From assembly GCA_934162555.1 (NCBI GenBank), contig CAKPJE010000001.1:1-37259 (forward strand): DNA of 37,259 nucleotides, read 5' to 3'. Position 1 is the first letter of the stretch. Every line of letters begins with the position of its first letter. The notes below the pieces were generated by a model that made no database searches, was not told the origin of the DNA, and was given only the letters and a program-made list of their open reading frames with translations. Shown here in pieces: positions 10,262 through 19,496 of the stretch. The stretch comes from an uncultured Bacilli bacterium. Lineage in GTDB: Bacteria > Bacillota_I > Bacilli_A > RF39 > UBA660. A program made the translations under genes and the position numbers.

Positions 10262-10569
10262 GTATTTAAGAAAAAGTTTTAGATATATAAGGAAATGTAT
10301 AGTACTTTTTTAAGTTCATTCTTATCTTATTTTGTAAAGGATTATAAGAGTCTTATACAAGTCTTAAAAATAAAAATCATTTCGCAAAAGTCAATTTTTT
10401 TCATTTTTGCGAAATGGTTTAAAAAAAAACAATTCTAAAGTGCAAATTTTGCACTTTGAAACTCACCATTTGCACTTTGCCATTCCCATTATTTAAGCAT
10501 TAACATCAAATAAATCCATAAATCAGAATTAATTATATTATTCAAACATATAATTAACTAGGTGAAAAA

Positions 10570-10929
10570 ATGAATTATTTAAAAAAAATAAGTATTGCTT
10601 TAGGCATAAGTCTTGGTATAACTCTCATATTAACATTTCTAAACACCCTATTCAATTACATAGAACTATATAGTTATAATGTATACACAATCATAGAATT
10701 CATAATTGTATTAATCGCATCACTTGTGTCAGGATTCATAAACGGCAAAAAATCAAACAAAAAAGGATGGTTAGAAGGACTAAAACTAAGCTTTATAATT
10801 ATAGCTTTATTAATAATATTCAATTTAATATTTGGATTTGTATTTAACACAAAACTAATAATATTCTATTTAATCATTATAACCTCAAATATTATAGGAA
10901 GTATGTTTGGTATCCAAAAAAAAGACTAA
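10570..10929 (+). CDS. Small polytopic membrane protein (about 4 TM), function unknown
   Basis: 119 aa, AGGTGA RBS, strongly hydrophobic segments separated by a KKSNKKGW loop. Its stop overlaps the stop of convergent sigE. Confidence 0.6.
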   Translation: MNYLKKISIALGISLGITLILTFLNTLFNYIELYSYNVYTIIEFIIVLIASLVSGFINGKKSNKKGWLEGLKLSFIIIALLIIFNLIFGFVFNTKLIIFYLIIITSNIIGSMFGIQKKD

Positions 10930-10956
10930 ATTTTACTAATAACTTTTAGTCTTTTT
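10919..10956. terminator. Putative bidirectional hairpin covering the overlapping stop codons of the membrane gene and sigE
   Basis: aaaaagactaaa (10919-10930) pairs with tttagtcttttt (10945-10956): a 12-bp AT-rich stem with a 14-nt loop and T-runs on both strands. Confidence 0.45.
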
Positions 10957-11615
10957 ATTATCTTCTTTTCTATCCTTGAAATATATGACTGACTTATATT
11001 AAGTAGCTCAGCAACATCCTTTTGTGTCATCTCCTTATTACCATACAATCCATACCTTAAAACCATTATTTTCTTATCTCTACCCTTTAACTTAGAAATT
11101 TCCTCGTACAAAGCTTTTCTATCATTCTCATCCTCAATACCCTTTGTTACAATATCATCATCCGTACCAAGTATATCCTCTAAATGAAGTTCGTTTCCCT
11201 CGGAATCATAACTCAAACTATCCTCTAAACTAATTTCCCCTTTTCTTCTCTTATTCTTTCTCAAAAACATTAAAATCTCATTATCAATACACCTTGAAGC
11301 ATAAGTAGCAAGCTTAATATTTTTATCAAGCTTATATGTATTAACACCCTTTATCAAACCAATTGTACCAATACTTACTAAATCTTCTAAATCAACACCT
11401 GTGTTTTCATATTTTTTTGACAAAAATACCACTAATCTTAAGTTGTGCTCAATTAATTTACTCTTAGCATCATTATCCCCATCCATATTCAGTAAAACAA
11501 GTCTTTCTTCCTCATCTCTTTTTAAAGGCTCTGGCAATTTATCAGTGCTACCGATAAAATATATTCCTTCACTTTTAAAAACTTTTAGTATAATTCTTAT
11601 TATTTTTTTTAGCAT
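10926..11615 (-). CDS. sigE: Sporulation sigma factor E precursor (pro-sigma-E)
   Basis: 229 aa. ...IYFIGSTDKLPEPLKRDEEERLV..., NLRLVVFLSKKYENTGVDLEDLVSIGTIGLIKGVNTY, KLATYASRCIDNEILMFLR and ISQSYISRIEKKIIKRL are nearly collinear with B. subtilis SigE. It lies directly downstream of, and overlaps, spoIIGA. GGAGGG RBS. Confidence 0.9.
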   Translation of the reverse strand: MLKKIIRIILKVFKSEGIYFIGSTDKLPEPLKRDEEERLVLLNMDGDNDAKSKLIEHNLRLVVFLSKKYENTGVDLEDLVSIGTIGLIKGVNTYKLDKNIKLATYASRCIDNEILMFLRKNKRRKGEISLEDSLSYDSEGNELHLEDILGTDDDIVTKGIEDENDRKALYEEISKLKGRDKKIMVLRYGLYGNKEMTQKDVAELLNISQSYISRIEKKIIKRLKVISKI

Positions 11616-12373
11616 ATTCCCTCCAATTTATTATTTAATAAGCAATCTACACCATCTATATTAATCTTAAAACATGTTCCAACATACACATCATATGTTC
11701 TATTTTTGTATATTAATTTACCCTTAACACAATTTAAACTACCACTTCCAAGTGCGACTGAACAAGGAACAATGATATTTTTTTTTGAATTTATTTTTTT
11801 ATTTATCAAAATGATTGGTTTATAAAAATATGGATCAACTAAATTGTTCCCTGTATCCATAAAACCATTTAATTCATAAATCTTATTTTCTACTTCTAAT
11901 TTTACTCTATATATATTGTTATGTATTCTCTTAAACATTTTGGATTCTTTAATATATATATAAAGTATAATTGGTGATGAAATAAATAAAAATATATAAT
12001 TGATACTTAGTCCCTTAAAATAAAATACTAAACCTGTATTTTTATAAGAAAATGTAATACTCAAAAAATATAAAAATCCTCCTAATATAATACTAACTGT
12101 ATATAAAAATAACATATTTTTTAAGAAATATTTTATATTTTTATACCCAAACCCTATTAGTAGCATTAATATACTTATTAATATTTTTAATAAAAATAAT
12201 TGAAAACTTGTTATTTTAATAAACAAAAATAGAATACTTAAACTACCTACAAATGCTCCTAACATCAATTTATAAAATTTGGCATTTCTTTTTAAAATTA
12301 TTGATGTTGTTAAAAGAATTAGTAAATCAAAAGAAAAGTTAATAAATAAAACTACATCTATATATATCTTCAT
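11609..12373 (-). CDS. spoIIGA: Sigma-E processing aspartic peptidase SpoIIGA
   Basis: Five N-terminal TM segments and a C-terminal domain with GFMDTGNNLVDP (the DxGN aspartic protease motif of SpoIIGA). Paired with sigE. I place the start at the ATG (MKIYIDVVLF) behind GGTGA rather than at the track's upstream TTG (12385). Confidence 0.85.
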   Translation of the reverse strand: MKIYIDVVLFINFSFDLLILLTTSIILKRNAKFYKLMLGAFVGSLSILFLFIKITSFQLFLLKILISILMLLIGFGYKNIKYFLKNMLFLYTVSIILGGFLYFLSITFSYKNTGLVFYFKGLSINYIFLFISSPIILYIYIKESKMFKRIHNNIYRVKLEVENKIYELNGFMDTGNNLVDPYFYKPIILINKKINSKKNIIVPCSVALGSGSLNCVKGKLIYKNRTYDVYVGTCFKINIDGVDCLLNNKLEGIC

Positions 12374-12492
12374 TTTCATCACCAAAATGATTATATACTA
12401 TAAATAATAAAAAAAATGTCATTTTAAAAGAAAGCCGTAACCATACGAGCTTTCATGTACTTATGTACATTATATTATATTCTTTTACAATA

Positions 12493-12513
12493 GAAAAAGT
12501 CCTAAAAAGGACT
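12493..12513 (-). terminator. Rho-independent terminator after recD2 and the small ORF
   Basis: Minus strand AGTCCT-TTTT-AGGACT followed by TTTTTC. Confidence 0.6.
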
Positions 12514-12517
12514 CTTC

Positions 12518-12628
12518 TTACATTTTTTCATTTAACATTGTATTAACTTTTTCCATAATTGGTGCCTTATATTTTTGATAAGCAAGTACTGCTCCAGCAC
12601 CCATTCCCATTAATACTAAACCTTTCAT
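12518..12628 (-). CDS. Possible 36-aa small membrane peptide (39 aa if the TTG at 12637 is used)
   Basis: Hand translation gives MKGLVLMGMGAGAVLAYQKYKAPIMEKVNTMLNEKM. GAGGTGG lies upstream, 5 nt from the TTG and 14 nt from the ATG. A terminator follows immediately. Below the ORF-track cutoff. Confidence 0.3.
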   Translation of the reverse strand: MKGLVLMGMGAGAVLAYQKYKAPIMEKVNTMLNEKM

Positions 12629-12695
12629 CGCTTTCAAATTATCCACCTCACAAAAAAATGTAGTACCAGTACATTATTTATTTTAACCACTTTAT

Positions 12696-14900
12696 TTAAA
12701 AACATTCAATAATTAAATTCTTTAAATTAGTTTTTCTCTCTGTACTATAATTTGATGAAACAGCCATTTTAAAAGCTTCTTCTTCACCTAATAAAATTAA
12801 TTTTTTCTTAGCTCGTGTAACTCCTGTATATATTAGTTTTCTATATAACATTCTACTATATGATTTAGCAATTGGTATTATAACAAATTCAAATTCGCCA
12901 CCTTGTGATTTATGAATTGATATTGCAAATCCATGTTTTATTTTTACGAGGTCTTTGGGCAAATATTTTACTATATTACCATCATAATCAACATATATTT
13001 CTGTTTTACCTGATTCACTAAATGGTGGATGGATTATATCACATAATATTCCAATATCACCGTTAAATACATTTTCTTCTGGCATATTTACAAGTTCTAG
13101 TATTTTATCATTTACTCTATATGTTATATTTGATAATGTTACCTCTTTTTTATTTTCATCTTTAGGATTAAAAATATTTTGTAAAATAATATTTAAATTA
13201 TCAATTCCATTTTCGCCTTTATACATTGGTGCCATAATTTGAACTCTTTTATAATCATAACCATGTTTTATAAGATCATTACAAATATTTTTTATTGATG
13301 TTCTTATACAACTAGCAGGACATTTTAAAAATCTATAATCCATATAATCTTTAAATGAGTTTTCGGTTATATTATTTTCCTTTATTTCTTTTGCTAGTAA
13401 ATTGATGTATGAATCAGAATTTTGCCTGTACAGATATTCTAATTTTATTGTTTTTATTTTTTCACTTTCTATTAAATCTTTTAATACTAATCCTGGACCA
13501 ACTGATGGTAGTTGATCATAATCTCCAACTAGTATTAATTTTATATTATCTGTTAAACCACTTAATAAACTACTGAATAAATTAATATCAATCATACTTG
13601 TTTCATCTACTATTATTAATTTACTTTTATCTTTGTTGCTCTCACATATACCAAATGTATTATTTTCTTTATTCCATTTTAAGAATCTATGAATTGTTGA
13701 TGCTGGATAAAGTGTTGTTTCACACATTCTTTTACTTGCTCTTCCAGTAGGTGCAAGTAAAGCTAAATCACGCACCAATTCATCATATGATAGTTTATTT
13801 AATCTTTTGTATAGGGTGACTATTGCTTTTATGATAGTTGTTTTTCCTGTTCCTGGTCCACCTGTTATAATGGTTAAATTTTCTATTAAAGCATTTTTTA
13901 TTGCTTCTTTTTGTAAATCATTGTATTCTATACCATTTTCAATTTCCAAATATTCTATTTCTTTATCTATTTTTTTATATACATTTTTTTCTTTTTTGCT
14001 GATTCTTTTTAATTTTCTTACTATATTTTCTTCATTTATATACATATCTTTTAAGTAATATTTATCATCTACTATTTCTATATAGTTTTCTTCTTCTAAT
14101 TCTTCAAATATACTATCAAATATATCTATACCTAAATCTATTTTTAAGTAATTAAATACACACTCGATTATTTCATCTTTATCTAAATAGGTATCTCCAC
14201 TTGTATATATTAAATTATTCATTATATAGTATGTACAAGCTTTGATTCTTCTTTCATCATCTTCTTTTATTTTTAGTTTTTCTCTTAAATAATCTACTTT
14301 TTGAAAACTTATTTCTTCATCTATTATACTATATATATTGTTTTCTATTATTGGTATTGTGTTTGTTTTATATTTGTTATATATACTTAGAGCATCTTTC
14401 ATACTAAACCCCAGATCACATAAATATACAATATCTTCATGTGATTCAGTATTATTTTTTAGTATTTCATATATTTTATCTGCTTTTGTTTTGGATATTT
14501 TGGGTATATCATATAATACTTCTTTATTGTTTAATATTTTATTTATAGCATCTAATCCTAATTTTTCTACTATTAGGGTTGCTAATTTTTCTCCTACTCC
14601 TACAAACATATCTCCTGATAAAAATGCAATTACTCCTTCTTTATCATTTGGCATAATTTTTTCATATTTTTTTACATCAAATTGAAATCCATATTTAGGA
14701 TGCTCTAATGAATCACCATACATTATATAGTTTTCATCTTCTTTTAAATCATCAAAATAACCTGTTACGGTTATTGTTTTTCCTATATATTCTTCTACTT
14801 CTTCATCATTTGTTTCTTTTACTTTAAATAAACCTATTGTATAACCTTTTTCTGATTTATAGAATGCTTTTTTAAATATTCCTTTGATATAATTATTCAT
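12696..14900 (-). CDS. recD2: RecD2-type SF1B ATP-dependent DNA helicase
   Basis: Walker A ITGGPGTGKTT, Walker B LIIVDETSMID, LVGDYDQLPSVGPG, and C-terminal AISIHKSQGGEF...YTGVTRAKKKLILLG. The N-terminal MNNYIKGIFKK...GYTIGLFKV OB-like region resembles RecD2/YrrC. The ATG at 14900 overlaps the mtaB stop (ATGAATAA); the track's TTG at 14912 is less likely. Confidence 0.9.
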   Translation of the reverse strand: MNNYIKGIFKKAFYKSEKGYTIGLFKVKETNDEEVEEYIGKTITVTGYFDDLKEDENYIMYGDSLEHPKYGFQFDVKKYEKIMPNDKEGVIAFLSGDMFVGVGEKLATLIVEKLGLDAINKILNNKEVLYDIPKISKTKADKIYEILKNNTESHEDIVYLCDLGFSMKDALSIYNKYKTNTIPIIENNIYSIIDEEISFQKVDYLREKLKIKEDDERRIKACTYYIMNNLIYTSGDTYLDKDEIIECVFNYLKIDLGIDIFDSIFEELEEENYIEIVDDKYYLKDMYINEENIVRKLKRISKKEKNVYKKIDKEIEYLEIENGIEYNDLQKEAIKNALIENLTIITGGPGTGKTTIIKAIVTLYKRLNKLSYDELVRDLALLAPTGRASKRMCETTLYPASTIHRFLKWNKENNTFGICESNKDKSKLIIVDETSMIDINLFSSLLSGLTDNIKLILVGDYDQLPSVGPGLVLKDLIESEKIKTIKLEYLYRQNSDSYINLLAKEIKENNITENSFKDYMDYRFLKCPASCIRTSIKNICNDLIKHGYDYKRVQIMAPMYKGENGIDNLNIILQNIFNPKDENKKEVTLSNITYRVNDKILELVNMPEENVFNGDIGILCDIIHPPFSESGKTEIYVDYDGNIVKYLPKDLVKIKHGFAISIHKSQGGEFEFVIIPIAKSYSRMLYRKLIYTGVTRAKKKLILLGEEEAFKMAVSSNYSTERKTNLKNLIIECF

Positions 14901-16155
14901 AATTTTCACCAATACAATATGGATATTTTATATCGGTTATTTTTGTTTTTATTATTTTATGTAAATTACTTTCTTTTCCTTTACATTTTACTAATGCATA
15001 ATCCCCTGTATGACCTATTAAATAGTTATCTTTATATACTTCTGGTAAAAATTCTACTTCTTTATTTAGGTGTTTATTTAAAAATTTGTTTTCTAGTTTT
15101 AATGATAAATATAATAATTTATGGACTCTTTCTTTTTTTATGTTATTATCTAAATCTTTTAATTGAGCAGCTGGTGTTCCTTCTCTTTTTGAATATGGGA
15201 ATACATGTACTTTTCCAAATTCTAATTTTTCGATATTCATTAGTGTTTCTTTAAAGTTTTCTTCTGTTTCTGTTGGATATCCTACTATTACATCGGTTGT
15301 TATATTCATGTTTGGTCTTATTTTTTTGATTTCTTTTATTTTATTAAAGTAATATTCCATATCATATTTTCTATTCATATCTTTTAAAACTTTATCACAT
15401 CCAGTTTGTAAGGGTATGTGTATATGATCAACTATTTTTTTATTATTTTTTAATGTATTCATAAATTCTTCATCTAATTCTGTTATTTCTATAGACGATA
15501 TTCTAACTCTTTCAACTTCTTTTATTTCACATATTAGATTTAATAGATATGATAATCTTTTTTCTTCATAGTTATAGTGTCCTGTATGTATTCCTGTTAA
15601 GACTATTTCTTTATGTCCTTTGTTTACTAGATGTTTTACTTCTTCTAGTACATCTTCAATACTTCTTGATCTTACTTTTCCTCTTGTGTATGGTATTATG
15701 CAGTATGAGCAAAAGTTTTCACAGCCATCTTCTACTTTTACGAATGCTCTTGTTTGGTTAAAATTTTCAAGCATCATATTTTCAAATTCTATATTGTTTA
15801 CATCTTTTATATCTATTATTTGTTTTTTATATTTTAAGTATTCTTCTATGTATAAGTCTATTTTACTTTTTCCATTATTACCTAATATTATTTTAACGTT
15901 TTCTAAATCTTTTATTAGATCACTTTTTAATTGACTCATACATCCTACTACAACTGTTATTTTATCTTTATATCTTCTTACCATTTTTAATGATTTTTTT
16001 AAAGCTACATCTGTTACACAACATGTATTTATTATTACTATATCAGCTTCTTCTTCAGTTGTTTCTTTATAACCTTTCCTTTTTAAGGTTTCACTCATTA
16101 TATTTGATTCGTAAGTATTTACTTTACATCCTAAATTGCATATATAAAAATTCAT
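14893..16155 (-). CDS. mtaB: Radical-SAM methylthiotransferase, MtaB-like (tRNA ms2t6A)
   Basis: 420 aa. N-terminal MTTase domain (NLGCKVNTYES), radical SAM CENFCSYCIIPYTRG, C-terminal TRAM-like region. Sits near rsmE as in the Bacillus yqeU-yqeV arrangement. Confidence 0.8.
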   Translation of the reverse strand: MNFYICNLGCKVNTYESNIMSETLKRKGYKETTEEEADIVIINTCCVTDVALKKSLKMVRRYKDKITVVVGCMSQLKSDLIKDLENVKIILGNNGKSKIDLYIEEYLKYKKQIIDIKDVNNIEFENMMLENFNQTRAFVKVEDGCENFCSYCIIPYTRGKVRSRSIEDVLEEVKHLVNKGHKEIVLTGIHTGHYNYEEKRLSYLLNLICEIKEVERVRISSIEITELDEEFMNTLKNNKKIVDHIHIPLQTGCDKVLKDMNRKYDMEYYFNKIKEIKKIRPNMNITTDVIVGYPTETEENFKETLMNIEKLEFGKVHVFPYSKREGTPAAQLKDLDNNIKKERVHKLLYLSLKLENKFLNKHLNKEVEFLPEVYKDNYLIGHTGDYALVKCKGKESNLHKIIKTKITDIKYPYCIGENYE

Positions 16156-16193
16156 AGTTTACCTCCTAACACTTATAATAGTATAACACAAAT

Positions 16194-16213
16194 AAACCTA
16201 TAAAAATAGGTTT
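16194..16213 (-). terminator. Terminator hairpin of LRR paralog 4 (overlaps its stop codon)
   Basis: Minus strand AAACCTAT-TTTT-ATAGGTTT followed by ATTTGTGTT. Confidence 0.55.
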
Positions 16214-18008
16214 ACATTGCTTTTAAAGTTATTTTAGTTTGATTAGCTGTTGATGCGGTTGCTTTCATAGCTTCAGCTATTGTTTGTGTATCTGTAGTAT
16301 AACCAAGTATAACATATGCAGCAGGATCTGTCAAAGCAGAAGTAAACATCTTGGAATAGTCAGTTCCAGTATTCATTATATTTATCTCTGTTTGGAGTTT
16401 TTCACAACTACGAAACATATCACTCATATCTGTAACCTTAGACGTATTAAAACTACTTAAGTCTAAACTTGTTAATGAAGAACAACCAGAAAACATACCA
16501 CTCATCTTTGTTACTTGTGATGTATTAAAATTACTTAAATCTAAGTTAGTCAAGAATGAACAGCCATAAAACATATTCCACATACTTGTTACATTCGAAG
16601 TATTAAAACTGCTTAAGTCCAAACTTGTTAATGATGAACAACCCAAAAACATTTGACCCATAGATGTTACTTTTGATGTATTAAAACTGCTTAAATTCAA
16701 ACTTGTTAATGATGAACAATTTTCAAACATACCACCCATCTTTGTTACATTCGATGTATTAAAACCGCTTAAATTTAAACTTGTTAATGATGAACTTTTA
16801 CAAAACATATAGCTCATGTCTATTACTTTTGATGTATTAAAATTACTTAAATCTAATTTTGCTAAGGATGAACAATCCATAAACATTTGAGACATTCTGG
16901 TTACTTTAGATGTATTAAAACTACTTAAGTCTAAACTTGTTAAGGATGAACAATTCACAAACATCTGTGAAAAATTAGTTACTTTTGATGTATTAAAATT
17001 ACTTAAATCTAAGTTAGTCAAGGATGAACAGCCATAAAACATATACCCCATATCTGTTACATTCAATGTATTAAAATTACTTAAATTTAATGTTATCAAT
17101 GATGAACAATTTTCAAACATACAATACATATCTGCTACATTTGAGGTATTAAAATTATTATTAAAATTAATTTGAGTTAAATTTTTAAAATTACTAAACA
17201 TATCATTACAATTAGATACCGCAAATATTGGTGCTTCACTTACCACATATAAGTTATATAATGTCTTTTCTACTGTTGTACTTGTACTACTATCCGTTTC
17301 AGATACTGTTAATCCACTATCTATTAGATAACCATATACCTTTTTCTTTTGACCTGCCCAATATGATATATCCCAACATAAATTTTCTTCTGTACAACTA
17401 CTAGGTAAATTACTCAAATCATTACCAAATGTTATTGTTCTTATATATGGTTTATATGTATTATTCCAAAATGCTTTTGAATACCTAGACCCATTCGTCA
17501 TTATTGCATATTCACTTATCTGAACCGCACTTACCCTAACATTTGCTTCTAAATTACTTACATTTATAAACTTACTATCCTCTATATCATCTATATATGG
17601 ATTCCAATACCAATATATAGTTAATGTTTCTGTTTGATTTGTTGTTTCTAAGAAACTATAGTACTTGTGTAATTCACTCTTATGATCTGATGTTGCATAA
17701 AACTTTAAATTAGTTGGTAAATTTGTCCTTTCTATCTCTAAAGTTGCATACATATCTACACTTGATCCACTAGCATCCATGGTAACAGTAAACTCTCCAC
17801 TATCTCCAGGATTTATTTTACCTAAATCTATTACCTTATTATTCCATACACTATTATCACTATCTCTTAATACAAATACGGCATTACCAGTACTACCTTT
17901 TATACTTCCATTTACAACTATTCTATAATAAGCAATTGATCCAACTAATAAAGCTATCAAACCCATTATAGATAAAATCACTAAAATTATTTTTTTACTA
18001 TTCTTCAT
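16212..18008 (-). CDS. Secreted BspA/DUF285-type LRR protein with SipW-type signal and TasA-like N-module (paralog 4, subfamily B)
   Basis: 598 aa. MKNSKKIILVILSIMGLIALLVGSIAYYRIVVNGS..., KINPGDSGEFTVTMDASGSSVDMY...TNLPTNLKFY...LTIYWYWNPY, then 10 LRR units. The C-terminal end ...ILGYTTDTQTIAEAMKATASTANQTKITLKAM is shared with paralog 5. Confidence 0.85.
   Translation of the reverse strand: MKNSKKIILVILSIMGLIALLVGSIAYYRIVVNGSIKGSTGNAVFVLRDSDNSVWNNKVIDLGKINPGDSGEFTVTMDASGSSVDMYATLEIERTNLPTNLKFYATSDHKSELHKYYSFLETTNQTETLTIYWYWNPYIDDIEDSKFINVSNLEANVRVSAVQISEYAIMTNGSRYSKAFWNNTYKPYIRTITFGNDLSNLPSSCTEENLCWDISYWAGQKKKVYGYLIDSGLTVSETDSSTSTTVEKTLYNLYVVSEAPIFAVSNCNDMFSNFKNLTQINFNNNFNTSNVADMYCMFENCSSLITLNLSNFNTLNVTDMGYMFYGCSSLTNLDLSNFNTSKVTNFSQMFVNCSSLTSLDLSSFNTSKVTRMSQMFMDCSSLAKLDLSNFNTSKVIDMSYMFCKSSSLTSLNLSGFNTSNVTKMGGMFENCSSLTSLNLSSFNTSKVTSMGQMFLGCSSLTSLDLSSFNTSNVTSMWNMFYGCSFLTNLDLSNFNTSQVTKMSGMFSGCSSLTSLDLSSFNTSKVTDMSDMFRSCEKLQTEINIMNTGTDYSKMFTSALTDPAAYVILGYTTDTQTIAEAMKATASTANQTKITLKAM
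16398..17171 (-). repeat. 75-bp-period coding repeat array (10 LRR units) inside paralog 4 (approximate bounds)
   Basis: Units translate to LTSLDLSSFNTSKVTxMxxMFxxCSS. Confidence 0.7.
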
Positions 18009-18106
18009 ATACTTTTTCCTTTCATATTTTTTAAACTAATAGAAAGAGGACGAGTATCTATATATTCCCTGTTCCCAATATAGTTATCAACAAACCTTTC
18101 CTTATC

Positions 18107-18742
18107 TCACAAATTATCCCTAAAATCCTTTAGCGATTTCAAAAACTCCTCATCATGCATATCAGCAGGCTTCACATTACTCTTATAACTATCACTAGAA
18201 ACTTGCTTATTTATTCTACCAAGAGGAGAAATAGCCTCCGAAGAACGAAATTTCTTTGAACCATCATAAGGTTTTTCTTCCCTAACAACAGGCTCCTCAA
18301 ACTTTTTTACTTCCTCCTTAGGACTCTCAAAACTCAATTCCTCTTGAACATCTTTTTTATTCTTAACAGCATTCAATAACTCAGTATAACTAATAATAGC
18401 ATTCTCTTCTTGCTCATCCTCATAATCAGCTACCCTCTCAGTCAAATCTTTAGCTTTCTCTTGCATAGAAGAAATAATCTCAATTACCTCAGTCTGCTCT
18501 CTAGTTCTATCTAAGTCATCATCAAGTTGAACATTCAAATCAATAACAGGCTCCTCTTTAACAATCTCAACAGTCTCAGGCTCAGAAGTAATATTCTCTA
18601 TAACCTCTGGTTCCTTAACAATATCAATTTCTTCACACTTTTCTTCCTTAATTTTTTTCTTCCTCTTAGGTCTTGTAATAAAAAATAATGCAATAATTGC
18701 TAATCCCAATAAAACTATTAAAATAATCAAAACTTTATCCAT
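18107..18742 (-). CDS. Single-pass membrane protein with acidic low-complexity region, function unknown
   Basis: I place the start at ATG 18742 (MDKVLIILIVLLGLAIIALFFI...), 8 nt after a GGAG that lies within the end of rsmE. One TM, a KRKKKIKEEK stop-transfer, then E/V/I-rich acidic sequence. I recognise no motif. Confidence 0.55.
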   Translation of the reverse strand: MDKVLIILIVLLGLAIIALFFITRPKRKKKIKEEKCEEIDIVKEPEVIENITSEPETVEIVKEEPVIDLNVQLDDDLDRTREQTEVIEIISSMQEKAKDLTERVADYEDEQEENAIISYTELLNAVKNKKDVQEELSFESPKEEVKKFEEPVVREEKPYDGSKKFRSSEAISPLGRINKQVSSDSYKSNVKPADMHDEEFLKSLKDFRDNL

Positions 18743-18746
18743 ACAC

Positions 18747-19454
18747 TCACTCCATAAACTCATAATTTATATAGCTTAGGACACATAAAGGGGCTGTTTC
18801 AACACGCAAAACATTAGGTCCTAAACTAACTCTCAAATAATCAAAAGAAACAAGTTTTTCTTCTTCTTTCGGATCAAGTCCTCCCTCAGGACCGACTACT
18901 ATATTAATTTTATCACAATTTAGATTCTTTTTCAAAATATTTTTAAAATTTTCGACATTATTTGTCGAACAAACAATTTTTAAACCACTACAATTCTTTA
19001 AATCGCTTAATTTATATATTCCCTTTATCAAAGGAATATCCACTCTATGTGATTGTTCACTAGCTTCTTTACAAATCTTTGACCATCTATTTACTTTTTT
19101 TAAATACTTCTCATTATCTAATTTTATTTTACTCCTAACAGCATCATAAATATAAAACTCTGAAACACCAAGTTCTGTCCCCTTTTGTAAAATATAATCC
19201 ATCTTCTGTTCAATAACTAAAGGTATTATCATAATAACATCTGGTTTATTAATTTTATTACCCTTTACCTCTTCAATAGTATTAACAATCAAAGGATCCA
19301 AACACTCAATAGAAGCCCTATAAACTAAATTATTAAAAACAACCTCAACAACATCATTAACATTCATTCGCATAACATTTTTAATATGGTGAATATCACT
19401 ATCTTCAAAAATAACTCTCTTATCATTTATATTCTTAACAAAATATCTCTGCAC
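18747..19454 (-). CDS. rsmE: 16S rRNA (uracil1498-N3)-methyltransferase RsmE
   Basis: GTG start behind GGGGTGA. MQRYFV... N-terminal PUA-like region. C-terminal IVVGPEGGLDPKEEEKL...VSLGPNVLRVETAP is the SPOUT/RsmE signature. Confidence 0.85.
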   Translation of the reverse strand: MQRYFVKNINDKRVIFEDSDIHHIKNVMRMNVNDVVEVVFNNLVYRASIECLDPLIVNTIEEVKGNKINKPDVIMIIPLVIEQKMDYILQKGTELGVSEFYIYDAVRSKIKLDNEKYLKKVNRWSKICKEASEQSHRVDIPLIKGIYKLSDLKNCSGLKIVCSTNNVENFKNILKKNLNCDKINIVVGPEGGLDPKEEEKLVSFDYLRVSLGPNVLRVETAPLCVLSYINYEFME

Positions 19455-19496
19455 CTATATCACCCCTACAATTGTAGCAAATAAAAATTAAAAAGT

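Noticed and set aside
10262-10430. 47-aa plus-strand frame (MYSTFLSSFLSYFVKDYKSLIQVL...) in the leuS-sigE spacer, and a 45-aa plus-strand frame (MQMHLLMILFFL...) at ~22898-23035
   Set aside because: RBS spacing is poor or no RBS is present. The composition is typical of random AT-rich frames, and the frames run through hairpins or tandem repeats that are better explained as non-coding elements.
13807-15934. Plus-strand ORFs antisense to housekeeping genes (e.g. 13807-14058, 14338-14685, 14919-15254, 15549-15761, 15620-15934; likewise 1151-1387 on the minus strand and 11401-11664, 19543-19815, 20570-20770, 21201-21545, 21557-21880, 22040-22282, 24740-24937, 25941-26123, 27959-28141, 28453-28668, 31230-31442, 31920-32102, 32917-33171, 33376-33606)
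   Set aside because: Each is fully embedded opposite a confidently identified gene. They have low-complexity F/L/I/S-rich translations, as expected from antisense AT-rich coding DNA, and no expression signals.
16398-17171. Very high density of N-x-S/T sequons (NFNTSNVT in every LRR unit), suggesting N-glycosylation
   Set aside because: The NxS/T pattern is part of the conserved structural consensus of DUF285/BspA-type repeats (Asn ladder). No glycosyltransferase gene is in the window, so glycosylation is not supported by the sequence.
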